NCBI RefSeq assembly: GCF_006345805.1
Contig: NC_042998.1
Span: 4,216,001-4,280,000 of the forward strand
Direction of reading: 5' to 3'
Origin: Octopus sinensis
Taxonomy: Eukaryota
Length of the DNA: 64,000 nt
In this document: piece by piece, positions 11,540-24,473 of the stretch
Numbering within the stretch: the first letter of the stretch is position 1
Layout: each line of letters begins with the position of its first letter
The notes under the pieces: generated by a model
What the model was told of the DNA's origin: nothing
Databases searched by the model: none
Seen by the model: only the letters and a program-made list of their open reading frames with translations
Position numbers and translations under genes: made by a program

Positions 11540-12900
11540 GCGCTTTGGCCGAAAAGCTGCAGCAATTTTGACGCACTGCCATTCCTATCTCATCTCCAAT
11601 GGCCATTCCTATGTGGTTACTTTTTCGCGAATGTGAGAGTCTATATTGCAGTCTTTGATTAGATTTCATGCCATGACGTAGGTTCAATTGGGATCTTGGA
11701 CTGCAGAAACACAAAGTGCTTCTCTTGAAAACATCTAGCTCCCACAGAGTGGGAAGTAGATGTTTGGGGCAAGATATTAAATAGCTGCGGGCTTTTGAAT
11801 TCAAAGCTATTGATGTACCTAGTCCTCAGTCTAGAAGGAATGAGTTCCACTTTTAGAACAGTGCAGTGGCAGCCTGTTCGGAGGCTAGTACAATTCTCGA
11901 TGCCAAAGTTTGGTGCCATTCCCTCTAGAATCTTATACATGTATATCATTGCACATCTCGTTCGTCATCACTCCCGAGAAAAGAGTCGTATTCTTTGAGT
12001 TTCTGCTAGTAGCACAAATTTTTCATTGACGTAAATTTCTTTGCATAGTAACGCGGAATTGTCTCATGTTCAATAATTAAATCGACACTGTGAGGTGATC
12101 ATAGTTAGGAACATTAGTCAAGATGGCTGAGAACAGATGTCTTTATACAGACAAGGATTCTACTCCTTCACCCTTATTCTGGAAGTTCTTTGAATCAATC
12201 TAGCCATTTGCCAGAACATTGCCATCTTCATGGTGATATGTGCATGAAACGATGCAACACCGTTCATATTAAGTCACGTACTCTGTTTAACTCTGGGATT
12301 GCCACTCCTTTTGGTCCAAAATATTTTCGTTCTACTATATTAACGGATGGCTTGGAATTTTGCTGCATTAAATTGCATGTTGTTTTCTCCAGTCCATTTG
12401 TATATGGTATCTAGATCGTTCTGTAGAAGTTTAGCATCTAGAAGATTCTTGACTGCTTGCACTATTTTTGCGTTATCAGCATAGTTAGTAAGGGTAACTG
12501 ACTGTATGTCCGAGGTGGAGCACAGCAAACAGCAGCGGCTCCAAGACAGGTCCTTTAGATTCTCCACTAGTTATTAATGTCTTCTTCGAAAGGACTCCAT
12601 TGGCTGGTACAGCCTGATTTCTCTCATTTAAAACGTTATGTTACCAATCAGTTTTCTATGACGAGTTTGTAGTTTGTGACATATTGTCTGTCTTATCAAA
12701 TGTCTTTCTGATCAACCTTATCAAAAGCCTTTGCAAAATCGAAATATAACACATGTACGTGTGAGCGGTACATAAGTTGTTTCAGCACTCGATCATAATA
12801 CCAAGGAAGCTGTGCAAAGCCGCTTCTTCCTGAACAGAAGGCATGCTTGGTCATTATCGTCTAGGAAACCAGATCAGCTTCCTCCGGAATCACATGTATT
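11540..12900 (-). pseudogene. Decayed CR1/Jockey-like LINE reverse transcriptase
   Basis: Fragments in correct order on minus strand: VLYFDFAKAFDKV (~12715-12755), YADNAKI...LQNDLDTIYKWTGENNMQFNAAK (12340-12490), MYKILEG...KSPQLFNILP (11659-11949). Many stops and frameshifts. Confidence 0.8.
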
Positions 12901-15900
12901 ACCTTAGTAAAGTTTTAAGTTAAAAATACATAAAATGCAATTCGGAAATAGAGTGAAATCAGCAGCATGGATGCCGTTACAAGATTTTACATTTCAGCTT
13001 AAATTTCAACATATATGCAAGCATACATCCCACTACTTAACTTCCAGTTAGGATCTCCTGCAGCCCTACAATCCCATGAGCGAAAAACACATTATAACGT
13101 TTTAAAATTTCACCTCGTAAAGAAAGCCTAAATGCTAATATCTTGACATACCTTCTAATTTTCACTTATAATTTGTAAAGTTAATTTTGTCAAGCAGATA
13201 TCGAAAATATTAGCAAAGAGTTTACTAAAAGTAGAGAAAGATACTATTTTCCTTTGGGAAATAAATTTTCTTGCTCTGATCTTTGGAACTAACCTGTCAA
13301 ATAAAAGTCGCCATTTCATGGGATGATGTTACAGTAAGCAAACCAATCACGTTTTTGCAGTAAGACAAATCACCAATAACATTAAAGCAGATAGCAAACA
13401 AACCTTGAATACATTCTCTTTCCAGTAGGGAGTAGTACGCTATTTTCTCCAAATTCAATTGAACAAATGCATTCCTTTAACCTTTATTTCAAGCATGCAG
13501 AAATAATAGTCACTACCGTGATTATTTGCCTGTTACCATATTCTGGGAAATGTTAAGAGCTTTTCCCTCAATGCAATTCTCAACCAAACTTTTAGAAGAG
13601 ATCAGCAATATTCATATGTTGTTAGTAATACATAGAAGTGAATAAGAACGGAGCTGATTCGAGATTATATTATCACGATTGCAATGCAATTAAGGAAAAC
13701 AACATTTTAGATTGGTAAAGATAGCAAGCATTTGGGAATATCAAGATGCTATATCTAGGACTGTTTAGGCGAGTGTAGAGAGGACGGGTTATATTTAGAT
13801 AATATATTATCAGAGAATACATTATCTAAAGATATTTCAACTGTCGGTAGAATTAGGAACAGATTATGATATTTGAATGACTTACCTTAAAGAGAAGGGA
13901 GGAGGGTTTCTCGTAATAATCTCGTGCAGTGCTTGAGGGATGTGAATGTATGTATATACTCATACACTACATGCATAAAATAATCTATTCTAAGAGAAAT
14001 GCATTTTATTCAGCAAGTTCTCTGGCGCAGACAGTAGTTCATGATTTGAAGTGACGTGCTTTTGCGAAAAAGTGTTTTTGCATGCAACATACAACTAAGC
14101 ACGGTAAACACGAAATCAATTCAAATCCATAAACGTCGGGTGACTGCATCTAGATTTGTTGGTGGTCACTGGAAAAGCAATGAATCCACAAACGAAGGTA
14201 CTCGAAATGAAGTGACATACCTGATGCCATGGTACGAACATGTGGAATAAAGACATCCGCAATCACACAACTGGCCATAATATTGGCTAGCTGTTGAGTT
14301 TTCATCCAGTTGCATAGTTTTGGTGCATCCGAATTTCGTAGCCAGATGGTGGATACACCTATCTTCAATAACAAATTGTGATTGATGATGTTAATGAGTG
14401 AAAATCTCAATTAGATTGTTGGCCATATTGTTAACATCAACGACAACGTGAGCTAAATTGAACCATCAAGTTTCGGTCGAGACTTGTTGAAGGATCGTGG
14501 CGTTAATAATATCCTATACAACACCATTTCTGAGATCTAAGACGACTCATTTAAAAAGTCATGCATAGTTTCTCTAATACTGTAAAGGGCTTGGACAAAT
14601 TTTTCAATAGCATTTTAAAAGTTTCTTTCAAGATTAAGCGACACGTGTTTGTATTTTGACATCATTCTCAATATCAACCAATAGCTGTTCATTACTCTCA
14701 ATTAAAGTAAAATTTTGACAAACTGGGCGGCTGAGGTATCTCCATTATGTTGGTTAAGATGAAGTTTTCCGGTCGTCTGTAAATATATATTTCTTTGAAG
14801 TATTTTCTCAACTCACCAGCAGGTGTAAATGAAATGACTGGCGGATTTCGTCTCACATCACCAGACAGTAGTGCTGTCAGATCACCGATGATATTTCAGT
14901 TACATCTTGTAAGGTGAGATCAAGAGAATTAAATGCTAGCTTGTGAGACATTGTACACTCATCCCATAGCTTTGCTTGTTTCAGATTCCTTTTTCACCAG
15001 ATCGTTTGCCTATATAGCACTCAGAATTTTGTTACTCCTTTGCCAGATATCACAGACTGTCTGAGCGTTGCAGACAATCTTATTTTTTGTTTTAATTCTG
15101 ACCTGGAGCGATGTATTTTGGTGGACATACTGATCCAATTGTTGAATGCCAAACCGGTTGCCTAGAGAATCGTTCGATCCTTAGTTGCAGCAGCAGTTTG
15201 TACTGGAACTAGCAATGAAACTGTACAGTATTTTCAATGTGCTCTACATGTGGACTACACATGACAGGTAAACTTTAGATATTTTAAACTTATACAGATT
15301 GATACAATAACTCTCCAATAATGATCACCTGAAGATCAGACCCAAAATATGGATAATGAGTAGGCACAACATATTATAGCAAAATTGTTCTGTGTCTTGT
15401 TTAGAAAACGAGAAAAAGCAGTCTCTTCCAAGAAACTGCTTGAGTGCCCATCATCTTCTAAGAAATAGTTTCTCTGGCAAGCTTCTATGTATGCTGCACA
15501 GACACGTGGGGCAAATGTATCGATTTCTCAGAACGAATATGGATTGAGGAAATTGTAAAGGAACGGCCGCAGATTTAAATAGCCGATTCAAAATTGTCAT
15601 TAAAATGTCATATCCTGTAAAAGTCAGAAGCTTATTCAAATAACGTATAAGATGGGAAATAGTTTATTTTTTCATTGTTTCACACTTAAATATGTACATA
15701 TATCAGTATGAAATCATGTTTACTTTAAAATGCTCAAAATGTATCGTTAAGAATACCGGCAACTATTATATTTCATAGAGAGACGCATGCACACATGCAC
15801 AAAAAACATAGGTAATTTATATAACTTTTGTTTTTATAAAATCACTTATTTAAAGATAATTTTTCAAACACTTATACAAAGTTGTAATACTCTGAAAGAT

Positions 15901-16080
15901 TGACACTAAATTATTGTTCCATTGCTTCACGCTTAAAACTGTTTTTCCTTTAAAAAATATATAGATATTATGCTTTCTGAATAAAAAAGAACGTTATGTC
16001 TTATAAAAACTTAGAATATATTCAAGCATTGCAAAAGTTAACAAATATTGACATTAACACATGAACCACGAAAGCTTGTT

Positions 16081-16140
16081 GCGGGAACTTACCGGCGACG
16101 GCACGTATTTCGCGCGGTCACGCTACACACTGATTACTCG
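16081..16140 (-). promoter_or_regulatory. CpG micro-island with E2F-type motif and a consensus splice donor (candidate promoter/first exon or internal micro-exon)
   Basis: 9 CpG in ~45 nt, TTTCGCGC at 16108-16115, and CCG|GTAAGT on the minus strand with the intron starting at 16092. Confidence 0.35.
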
Positions 16141-16707
16141 AAAGGAAATGTATTTTCCTTCTTACATTTTTACAATATTTCATAATTAAATTTTAATATT
16201 TTAACATTCATATAAATATCCTCGAAACCATGTCAAAGATACAGAATAAAATATTATCTCAAATTTCGAACATGTACTACTGGTGGTGCATATAGCAGTT
16301 ACGTGAAATTTGCAATGAACCATCAGTGGTGTATGTGGCGGTATGCTTGTTGAAACTTTGATATGTAGAAAATAAAACAAATGTGAAATAATCAAGGAGA
16401 AAAAAGGTGGGAGAAAGGAGAACAGAGTTTGACGTGAAAAACAGATTCTGTACATCACATTAACAGCGATGCGTAATTGGTACTCCATTAAAAATTGCAG
16501 CTCCCCTATATCACATTTTTGGCATCCCTGTTTTACCTCCAGGGAATAGGGGCAACAGTATTTGTTCATGTAATATATTTGGTTTCTTATTAATCTGAGT
16601 GAGAAATTTTATAAGGATTCTTTCGGAAATAGGTTAAATATCAGCGCTTACACACACACGCAGACGCACACACATACACACATGCACACACACACACACA
16701 CACACAT

Positions 16708-16747
<40 letters not shown>

Positions 16748-16771
16748 ACATGTGTGTGTGTGTGTTTATAT

Positions 16772-16910
16772 ACTGGTTTCAAATTTTGGCACAAGGCCAG
16801 CAATACCGGAGTAGTGGGTAAGTCGATTGCATCGACCCCAGTGCTCAACTGATGTTTATTTTATCGACCCCGAAAAGATGAATGTTACCCTTAGCGGAAC
16901 TTGAACATCA
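16772..16910 (-). mobile_element. Degenerate CORE-type SINE
   Basis: GGTTTCAAATTTTGGCACAAGGCCAGC...ATCGACCCCAGTGCTCAACTG...ATCGACCCCGAAA. Confidence 0.75.
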
Positions 16911-17071
16911 AAAAAAAATCGCTAAATATTTTGTCTTTTTACATACATACATACAGACAGACATACACATACATATATACATACATACATATGTGTATAT
17001 ATATATATAATTATATGAATATGTATATATATGCATATGTATACATATATATATATACATGTATATATATG

Positions 17072-17111
<40 letters not shown>

Positions 17112-18227
17112 GATAGATAGATATTTAGACATACATTCATGCATACATACATGTATACATATGTGTATACACACACATAAACGCACACACGCACACATAT
17201 ATATTTGCGTATGTATGTATCTGTGTCTATGTGCGTGAAATTCTCATGATATAACATGCATTCTACAACATATCCATCTCGAACAGATAAATGGAAAGGT
17301 TGATCAGTTTATGGTTTTGCGCTAAAGATAAAAAAAGACATTTTTATGCAAGTATTGGGTGTTGTTGTCATTCTTATAGCGAATAAAAAGTATTTTTTAA
17401 GCAAGATTTAAAAGTTTTAATATAAAAATATTTAAAATTGCCAGAAACCTGAAATTTTGTAGCTGCCATTATTTTGTAACGACTTTCTTATATCCTTGCT
17501 AGATTATTAATAAAATTCCTGTTAAATTCCTTTCTTTGAGTGATTCTTTTGAATTCACAAAAGCCTTACACATATTCGTCCTCTTAAGAAAAATTTTCGT
17601 TTTGTGTTCATTTTAAACTTTTAAAAATTATTTGTTAAGAAATGGTAGAAACGATATATTTTGATGAATATTATCTTTAACTGTTTTGTCTTTCAGAAAT
17701 GAAAAATATATATACTTTTTTTTTACATAATTACATTTCTTAAAAATTTACGTTTTACAAATCAAACTTCTGCATAAACGTCTATCAAAATATAGTTAAT
17801 ACAATTTTTTAAACACTTGCATCATTATTTTATGAGCAAAAGCTGTACTTGATGAAAAAATATTTCAAAGTAAATTTCATGCCAAAGAAATTGAAGCTTT
17901 TATTTTTATTAAAGAATTATAAAAAAATACACATCAGTAACTGTAAACAAGACTTTGTACCGTAAAACTTCTATTCAAAGTACGTACTTAAATATTCTTT
18001 TGATTAGCAAACCTTATCTACATTATTATTTTTCTTTTCAATACAGTTCTTGTGAAATGGAGTGTGCTAACATGTCTGAAAATGCTTTCCATTATAAAGT
18101 TGTCTCGATATTGTATAAAACTTTAATTGCAATTTTCAGCAAGAAATTTCAGTGCATATTTTCTGTAACGACTAACCTGTGGCAATGTAATAAATTTAAG
18201 TGCTCCATTGTAGTTTGTTATTAAGCT

Positions 18228-18460
18228 GGTTATCATCATCATCATCATCATCATCATCACCATCATCATCATCGTCATCGTTGTCGTCGTCGTCGTCGTC
18301 ATTACCATCATTGTCATCATCGTGATTATTTTACGGCACCCCATTCTCCTGACTGTCTTCATCGTCATCTTCCTTGTTGTCTTCAGCGTCGTCGTCGTCG
18401 TCGTCGTTGTCACAGTCACCATCGCAATCGTCGTCACCATCGTCGTCTTCATCGCCATTG
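18228..18460. repeat. Compound (ATC)n/(GTC)n trinucleotide tract
   Basis: Direct reading; explains the low-complexity ORFs here. Confidence 0.9.
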
Positions 18461-19949
18461 TGCTTATTCACTTTGTTGTTGCTTTATTGTTTCTGATTAA
18501 TGTTCTTTTATATTTGAGACAACATGAAACTTTTCTTGTTACCAACTGCTTCCAATGGGACGTAGATACGCATAATTATTATATGTAAAGTGTACACACA
18601 CACACACACGCACACACATACACACACACGCAGCTACAAACATACACACACGTGCACACATGAATGTATATACGCATTTATGCATATATGAATGCTTACT
18701 ACGCTACGTATGTAATTATACATTTTCTACAAACAAGCAACTATACACTCTCAATACACATATATCGTAAAAGTACTTAATAATCTCAGCAATTTATTTC
18801 ATTTATTTAAAAAAATCTTTTGGTCAATTAGTATGCCTCCTGTTTCTATGATTGTCAGTAAGATTTAATGGAATTTATTTGAAAACTTATATTTAAATAT
18901 GTGAGAAAATATTGAAGTATACGGAAACGTTTGAATAATTGATTACTGTGAACTATTTTTTGTATGCCACAAATGACTACGTTTCTGGTTGAGCATCCCT
19001 TTAAAAGCTTTTTCTAATTAATGTGATTTAATCTTCTTTAAATCATTTAATCTTTATCGCCGCTTTTTCATCAACTCTTAAGGCCTAATTCAGCATACAC
19101 AAATTCGTCCATAAATATGAAGCTTAAATTTGGAACCTAAAGTACAAAATGTATAAGTATATCGTAATATAAAATATTTGTGTAGAACGGATTACTATTT
19201 GTAAATCAATATGTTTGCTATTTGCTGCAGTTTGTAGATTTAAGATGAAACAGTTCCTTCTGTAAGCATTCAAAAAATTTTCGAGGTTAGATGATTTAAT
19301 GTCTGTTAAATTCCATATGATTTTCATTCTAAAATTAGGTGAATTGAATTGATGGAAATTTGGCTTTTATTTTCTGTAGATCGAGGAACCAACCAAGTAA
19401 AGGCAGTGGCCTTTAAACAAAAGATGCTCCGATGTATGACTGCTTGATCTGCTGAAAACATGTGTCATTTTACAGAAAGAATGAAAGATCAATAATTTAA
19501 TCGTTCAGAAGTCAAGAAAAGCAACTATTTTGCATTGTCCGCTACCTTTATTCCATCAATTTCCTAAGCGTTGAGGAAATGAATTTTTGAAAATATTGGG
19601 CATTCGTACATAAATACGTACTTACACAAGAACACACACACACACAGACATTTATGTTCACATACATATGCACGTGCACACACACAGATATATCTATGCA
19701 TACATATATATACCGGCACTTCACACACATACACACACATACAGATAAAGCTATAAATGTATGTAAACTCCCAACAATCTATGCCTGCATGCAAAGTCAA
19801 CGAAACGCATTTATATATTTACTTCAGAAAAATAAGCAATTATTATTACCCAAGCAGATAATACAGTATTACATATTTATATGATTTGCGGTATCTGGCT
19901 GAAAAGCACATAGGCTGTCAATGAAGTAGTTGTGTTAGAATCGTGAAAT

Positions 19950-20220
19950 CTTGCATGCATTCATTTCAACTTCTCTTATTAATAACGGCATTGTTTTTCA
20001 TTCAGGTAAATTGACATCTGACTGTTCAAAGAAGATTTCAAAGGGAACTAGTAGCGACTTCTCTTGGAAATCGATAAAAAGTGAGCATCTTATTAATGAG
20101 TACACGCAGACGAAGGGTTTAGTTCCCAAGGACATTCATGATGACTTGATTGCTACTTTAGGAAACGATACTCCAGCTTTGTCAACAGTGTAGAAGGTGG
20201 CTTAATTTATGCATATGTAG
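19950..20220 (+). mobile_element. Mariner transposase N-terminal relic
   Basis: KGLVPKDIHDDLIATLGNDTPALSTV*KV resembles the mariner paired-like HTH region. Confidence 0.7.
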
Positions 20221-20464
20221 CTAAGTGATGTGGTCTATAGTTGATGAAATTGGACGGATGATCGTGAAGACCAAGGTACGCCATTTTGCATTACACTTGT
20301 CTACACATCTGAAAATGGGTATCAGTGACAGCTGGATAAAACAGAATGGCCTCACTTTCAGAGCGAAGTTTTGTCAATGAAATATCTCGAAAATCAGGAA
20401 AAGCCTTGTCTCATAAACCAGTGAACTCGAGGCAAACATGGAATGCATATATATATATAACTCC

Positions 20465-20784
20465 TTTAACTCTTTTACTTGTTTCAGTCCTTTGACTGCG
20501 GCCATGCTGTAGCACCGCCTTTAGTCGAGCAAATCGACCCCAGGACTTATTCTTTGTAAGCCTAGTACTTATTTCATCGTCTCTATTGCCGAACGGCTAA
20601 GTTACGGGGACGTAAACATATCAGCATCGGGGGGGACAAACACAGACACACAAACATACACATACATATTTATATATATAAAGTTTCCGTATAACAAATC
20701 CACTCACAAGGTGCCACGCAGTGGGACTGAACCCGGAACCATGTGGTTGGTAAGCAAGCTACTTACCACACAGCCACCCCTACG

Positions 20785-20787
<3 letters not shown>
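20465..20787 (-). mobile_element. tRNA-derived SINE (family B, internal CA/TA microsatellite)
   Basis: Head AGGCGTAGGGGTGGCTGTGTGGTAAG...GGGTTCAGTCCC and tail GCATGGCCGCAGTCAAAGGACTGAAACAAGTAAAAGAG. Homologous to 45948, 52933, 57058 and 61553. Confidence 0.85.
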
Positions 20788-20846
<59 letters not shown>

Positions 20847-23360
20847 TGCATTTATGTATATCTATATCTATAATAAATACGCGTTTCTTATTTACTCTTA
20901 AATATTATGTGTTTTTGAGGAATAATCGGATGTTTGCATCTCTGATCATAGAAATTCACAACATATATTACAGTAATATATATGCAAAGGTCATATATGT
21001 CTTTGGCTCCTACTTGTAATATCAACACTGAATTTGTGTCAATTAAATTGCTCTTGGAAGTTATTAGTTAAAATTATTCAAAGGAATTTTAATATGTATT
21101 ACCTTTCTTAATTTCGAGAAAGAATCCAGAGAGGAAGGGCCGTAGTGCTTATCACAACGTCTTCCTTCTTTGCGAGACTGAAGGAGTGGATACAAGAGAA
21201 TTTTTTTCAGTGTATGTGTCGGTAAAACGAAGCCTGTTAGAGCAAAAAGATTTATGACAGAGAGAATCCGATGGATTGTCGCCGTGGAAAGAAAGAACTC
21301 TCGTTGCTCGTACGACCTTGTTGATGAGACAAGCAAGCAGGTTGAAGAGCGATATGAGTGCTTGGCAAACAAGGCTGGAGCTGGAGACAAGAATAGCCAG
21401 AGACAGAAAAATGTGCTACTTCTATTGATAAGGAGTGGTTATTTCAATCATACAGAATGAAAATTGGGTGAAGCATGCGTAAAATATATGATAATGTAAA
21501 TAGAAAATTGTCGGCACTGTAATATTCTCTTGTCTCTACTATTATGCTGCGGCAGTATTCCGCGTCTGATCTTTAACCTGTCTATCGTGTTATCACTGAT
21601 ACCTCCGCAAGGAAAATGACTTGGAAACGTCAAACTTGACGGTAACTCGAACTCGTATATATCACGTAGCTGATACTGACTCCATCTAAGAACTCATACA
21701 ACGACTCTACTACTACTGAACTCCCACAATGATTGACTGCCTGACTTTACAGTACCTCTTTATACCACTTTGTCACGTAGGAAAAGGGGCACCATATTCA
21801 ATATAAAATTCACATCTGTTTTGAATTAGTGTTTACCTTCTTAAATATATCCTTTTTTTAACCAGAGAAGATTGTAATTTGAATCGATCTTACTGCTGGT
21901 TTGAACATGCCATGTTACTTTACGGGGAACATGCAGTCAATGTTAAATTAAAGAGCTGTTGGTCATTGAAATTAGCAGTCAGTGCATGCATAGGATACGA
22001 CTGTGTTGCTATGAACCTGCGATGGGGATGTACTCAAAGATGCAAGGTAAAAGTGTTAAGTTAAACATGGAAAACAGAAACCAACGAAGATAGAGGAATA
22101 AGAGGTAAGATCGGAACTTGGTATCATGTATCTCATAAAAGTGATACCAAAATGTTGAAATGAATAACAACATGCTACATGGTACACTGATTCGATCCAT
22201 GTTAGCAAATGAAAACCGAAAGATAAAAAAAAAATCTTTATGGTTATTTTGATGAAGATGTGTCTATTACGTTGTTTCGAGTTAGTGAGGAGAAAGATGG
22301 CGATGCGTTTGTAGCAAGATACAATTTGTCATAATGGCGTTATTATTGAAATTACGATGAAACTGTAATGGTGGTGGAGTGAGATTGTAGCGGGATAAGT
22401 CGATGATTAATAGGGTGTTAGCAGTATTATTAATGTTTACTGTGGTGTGTCTGAATTATGTTTGAAATGATTCTGATTGATTTGTATGGTGAAATATTTC
22501 ATGGTGAACTGAGTTTATTTTAGTATTGGTGGTAAAGGATGTTGAGCTCATGGCTGGAATTCTATTATCATCATTATTACTGTTGCTCTTGTTAATGGTG
22601 ATAGTGGTAACAAATGTGAAGGTGTTGTTAATTGCAAGACAATTTATGATAGCGATGGCATGAATGAATGATTTTAAGAAAAGCTTTATCAGTCGTCCCG
22701 GTGTTTATATCAGTAATTTTTATTACGAGTTTCACATGACAGATGCACTAGTAATTTATTAATTTGACAATAACAATATAATTAAATAATGCAGTATTTA
22801 TTAGTGGCTGTTGTATGTCTGCTATTTTCCACTCCCTTTCCCTCCGTCACCATCTAATATACATATCTATGGCAATTGTTGATTAAATGCTGTTTCAGTA
22901 AAGGTACATCTCCACAGGAAAGCAGTCGACTGTTATTTTATTGCTCATAATTCTCAGTAGGAAGACGCGAATTAAAATCTATCAACATATCACCATTAGA
23001 ATTTAATATAGCTTCCTGTCTTTTAATTGATGTAGTTCTGATAAACTTCTGTGCTCTGATATATGAATATTATCTAATTATTATTTCATCTGTTTCATAG
23101 CGTTTTAAAATATTAGCGAAGGGAGCAGCTTTGCAGTCATTTGGTTTGCTAGAAATGGCAGCCGAATCCTCATCAAATATCATCCTATTCTCTTTTAAAG
23201 GACAGACAAATACCTAGATACCTTTTGATTGATAAACACGAAATGGTTACGGATGAAATGGAAGGAATATGACTTTGGTTAAATGACAACGACAATGTCA
23301 TCCAGTTCTACATTTAAGAGAGGAGGAATTATGTACGTTATTTACATTATTTACATATGT

Positions 23361-23683
23361 GGGCATATGGCGCAGTGGTTAAGAGCGTGGGCTACTAACC
23401 CCCAAATTCCCAGTTCGATATTCCAAGCAGTGACCTGAATAATAATAATAACAACAACAACAACAACAACAACAACAATAATAATAATAATAATAATAAT
23501 AAATAATAATAATAATAATAATAATATAATAATAATAATACCCTAGGAATGAGAACCCAGGTTCGAAATTTCCCCAAGACACCTGAAGAAGGCTGGAGGG
23601 TATATCAGCCGAAACGTTGTGTTAACAACAAAGCTGAGGACAAATATCTGTCGAATGTAAATAATGTAAATAATGTAAATAAT
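23361..23683 (+). mobile_element. Composite element: tRNA-like pol III head + (AAT/AAC)n + hammerhead-containing Penelope-like segment + (AATGTAAAT)3 tail
   Basis: A box TGGCGCAGTGG (23368-23378), B-box-like GTTCGATATTCC (23413-23424), microsatellite ~23438-23540, hammerhead 23578-23623, tail 23654-23683. Confidence 0.7.
23578..23623 (+). ncRNA. Minimal type-I hammerhead ribozyme motif
   Basis: GACAC-CTGAAGA-A-GGCTG(GAGGGTATAT)CAGCC-GAAACGTT/GTGTT: 5-bp stem I, 5-bp stem II, palindromic ACGT stem III, GUU cleavage after 23618. Confidence 0.8.
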
Positions 23684-24077
23684 GGACGATGTCAAAGTTT
23701 TCAGTTTGTCGTTTGTGTAAGTGTGACTTGGTTAGGTAATGCACACTAGAACACTTATATATTCATTAGAGTGAATTACAGATGATTTCACTGCTATCAC
23801 AGTCAAAGCAGTTCAGTGGAAAACGATATCAACACGGAAAGAAACCGAAGTCATATTACTTATTAGGTGAGGCTGAGGGAATTAAGTAAAATGTTTTCAT
23901 TTTAAAGTATTAATAACACACAAAGATAATTTTTCTCATACAAGAAGAGCTAGACACAAGAAAATATGTATATATGAATATAAATGTCTGTATGTATTAA
24001 ATACAAAATTAAAAAGGATATACCAAAATGCATGCCATTTTCGAAGAGAGACCAACATATAAGTTAAGTAGAAGTAA

Positions 24078-24473
24078 TCTTTATATATAAAAGTGAAGTT
24101 GTGTGTCTGTCTCCTACGATTTAGATTCCTAACTACTCCCACATTTTGCGGTGCAGTTTAACCAAAAACCGGGTATCTTATAGTCGTGATTCATATCGAG
24201 CCCTTCTGCGTATTAGCGCGCGTCTACGATGAGTCTACGATTAAAAAAAAAATTACCATCAATTTTTCCTATTTTTAATGCATTTTTGGCATATATAAGG
24301 GAAGTAACTCTCTAAAAATGTATTATTAAATCTCAGAACGTAAAAAGCTACAGTAACACCCCCACCCCCTTGTGGTTAGCCATATTGAGATGGCTATTAT
24401 ACTTTAGATCTCTAAAAATGCTTATATAGTAATTTCCCTTACAAACCCGAGCAACGCCGGGCGATACTGCTAG
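24078..24473 (+). mobile_element. Non-autonomous Helitron
   Basis: 5' TC (TCTTTATATATAAAAGTGAAG), 3' CTAG, subterminal hairpin CCCG-AGCAACGC-CGGG (24446-24461), inserted between A (24077) and T (24474), no TSD. Confidence 0.85.

Noticed and set aside
13295-13352. YY1-like GTCGCCATTT and CCAAT words
   Set aside because: Short motifs expected by chance; the associated ATG stops after five codons.
19380-19433. Plus-strand exon-like segment DRGTNQVKAVAFKQKMLR
   Set aside because: The donor overlaps sequence that looks like a degenerate repeat (GCTTGATCTGCTGAAA), so likely a chance match.
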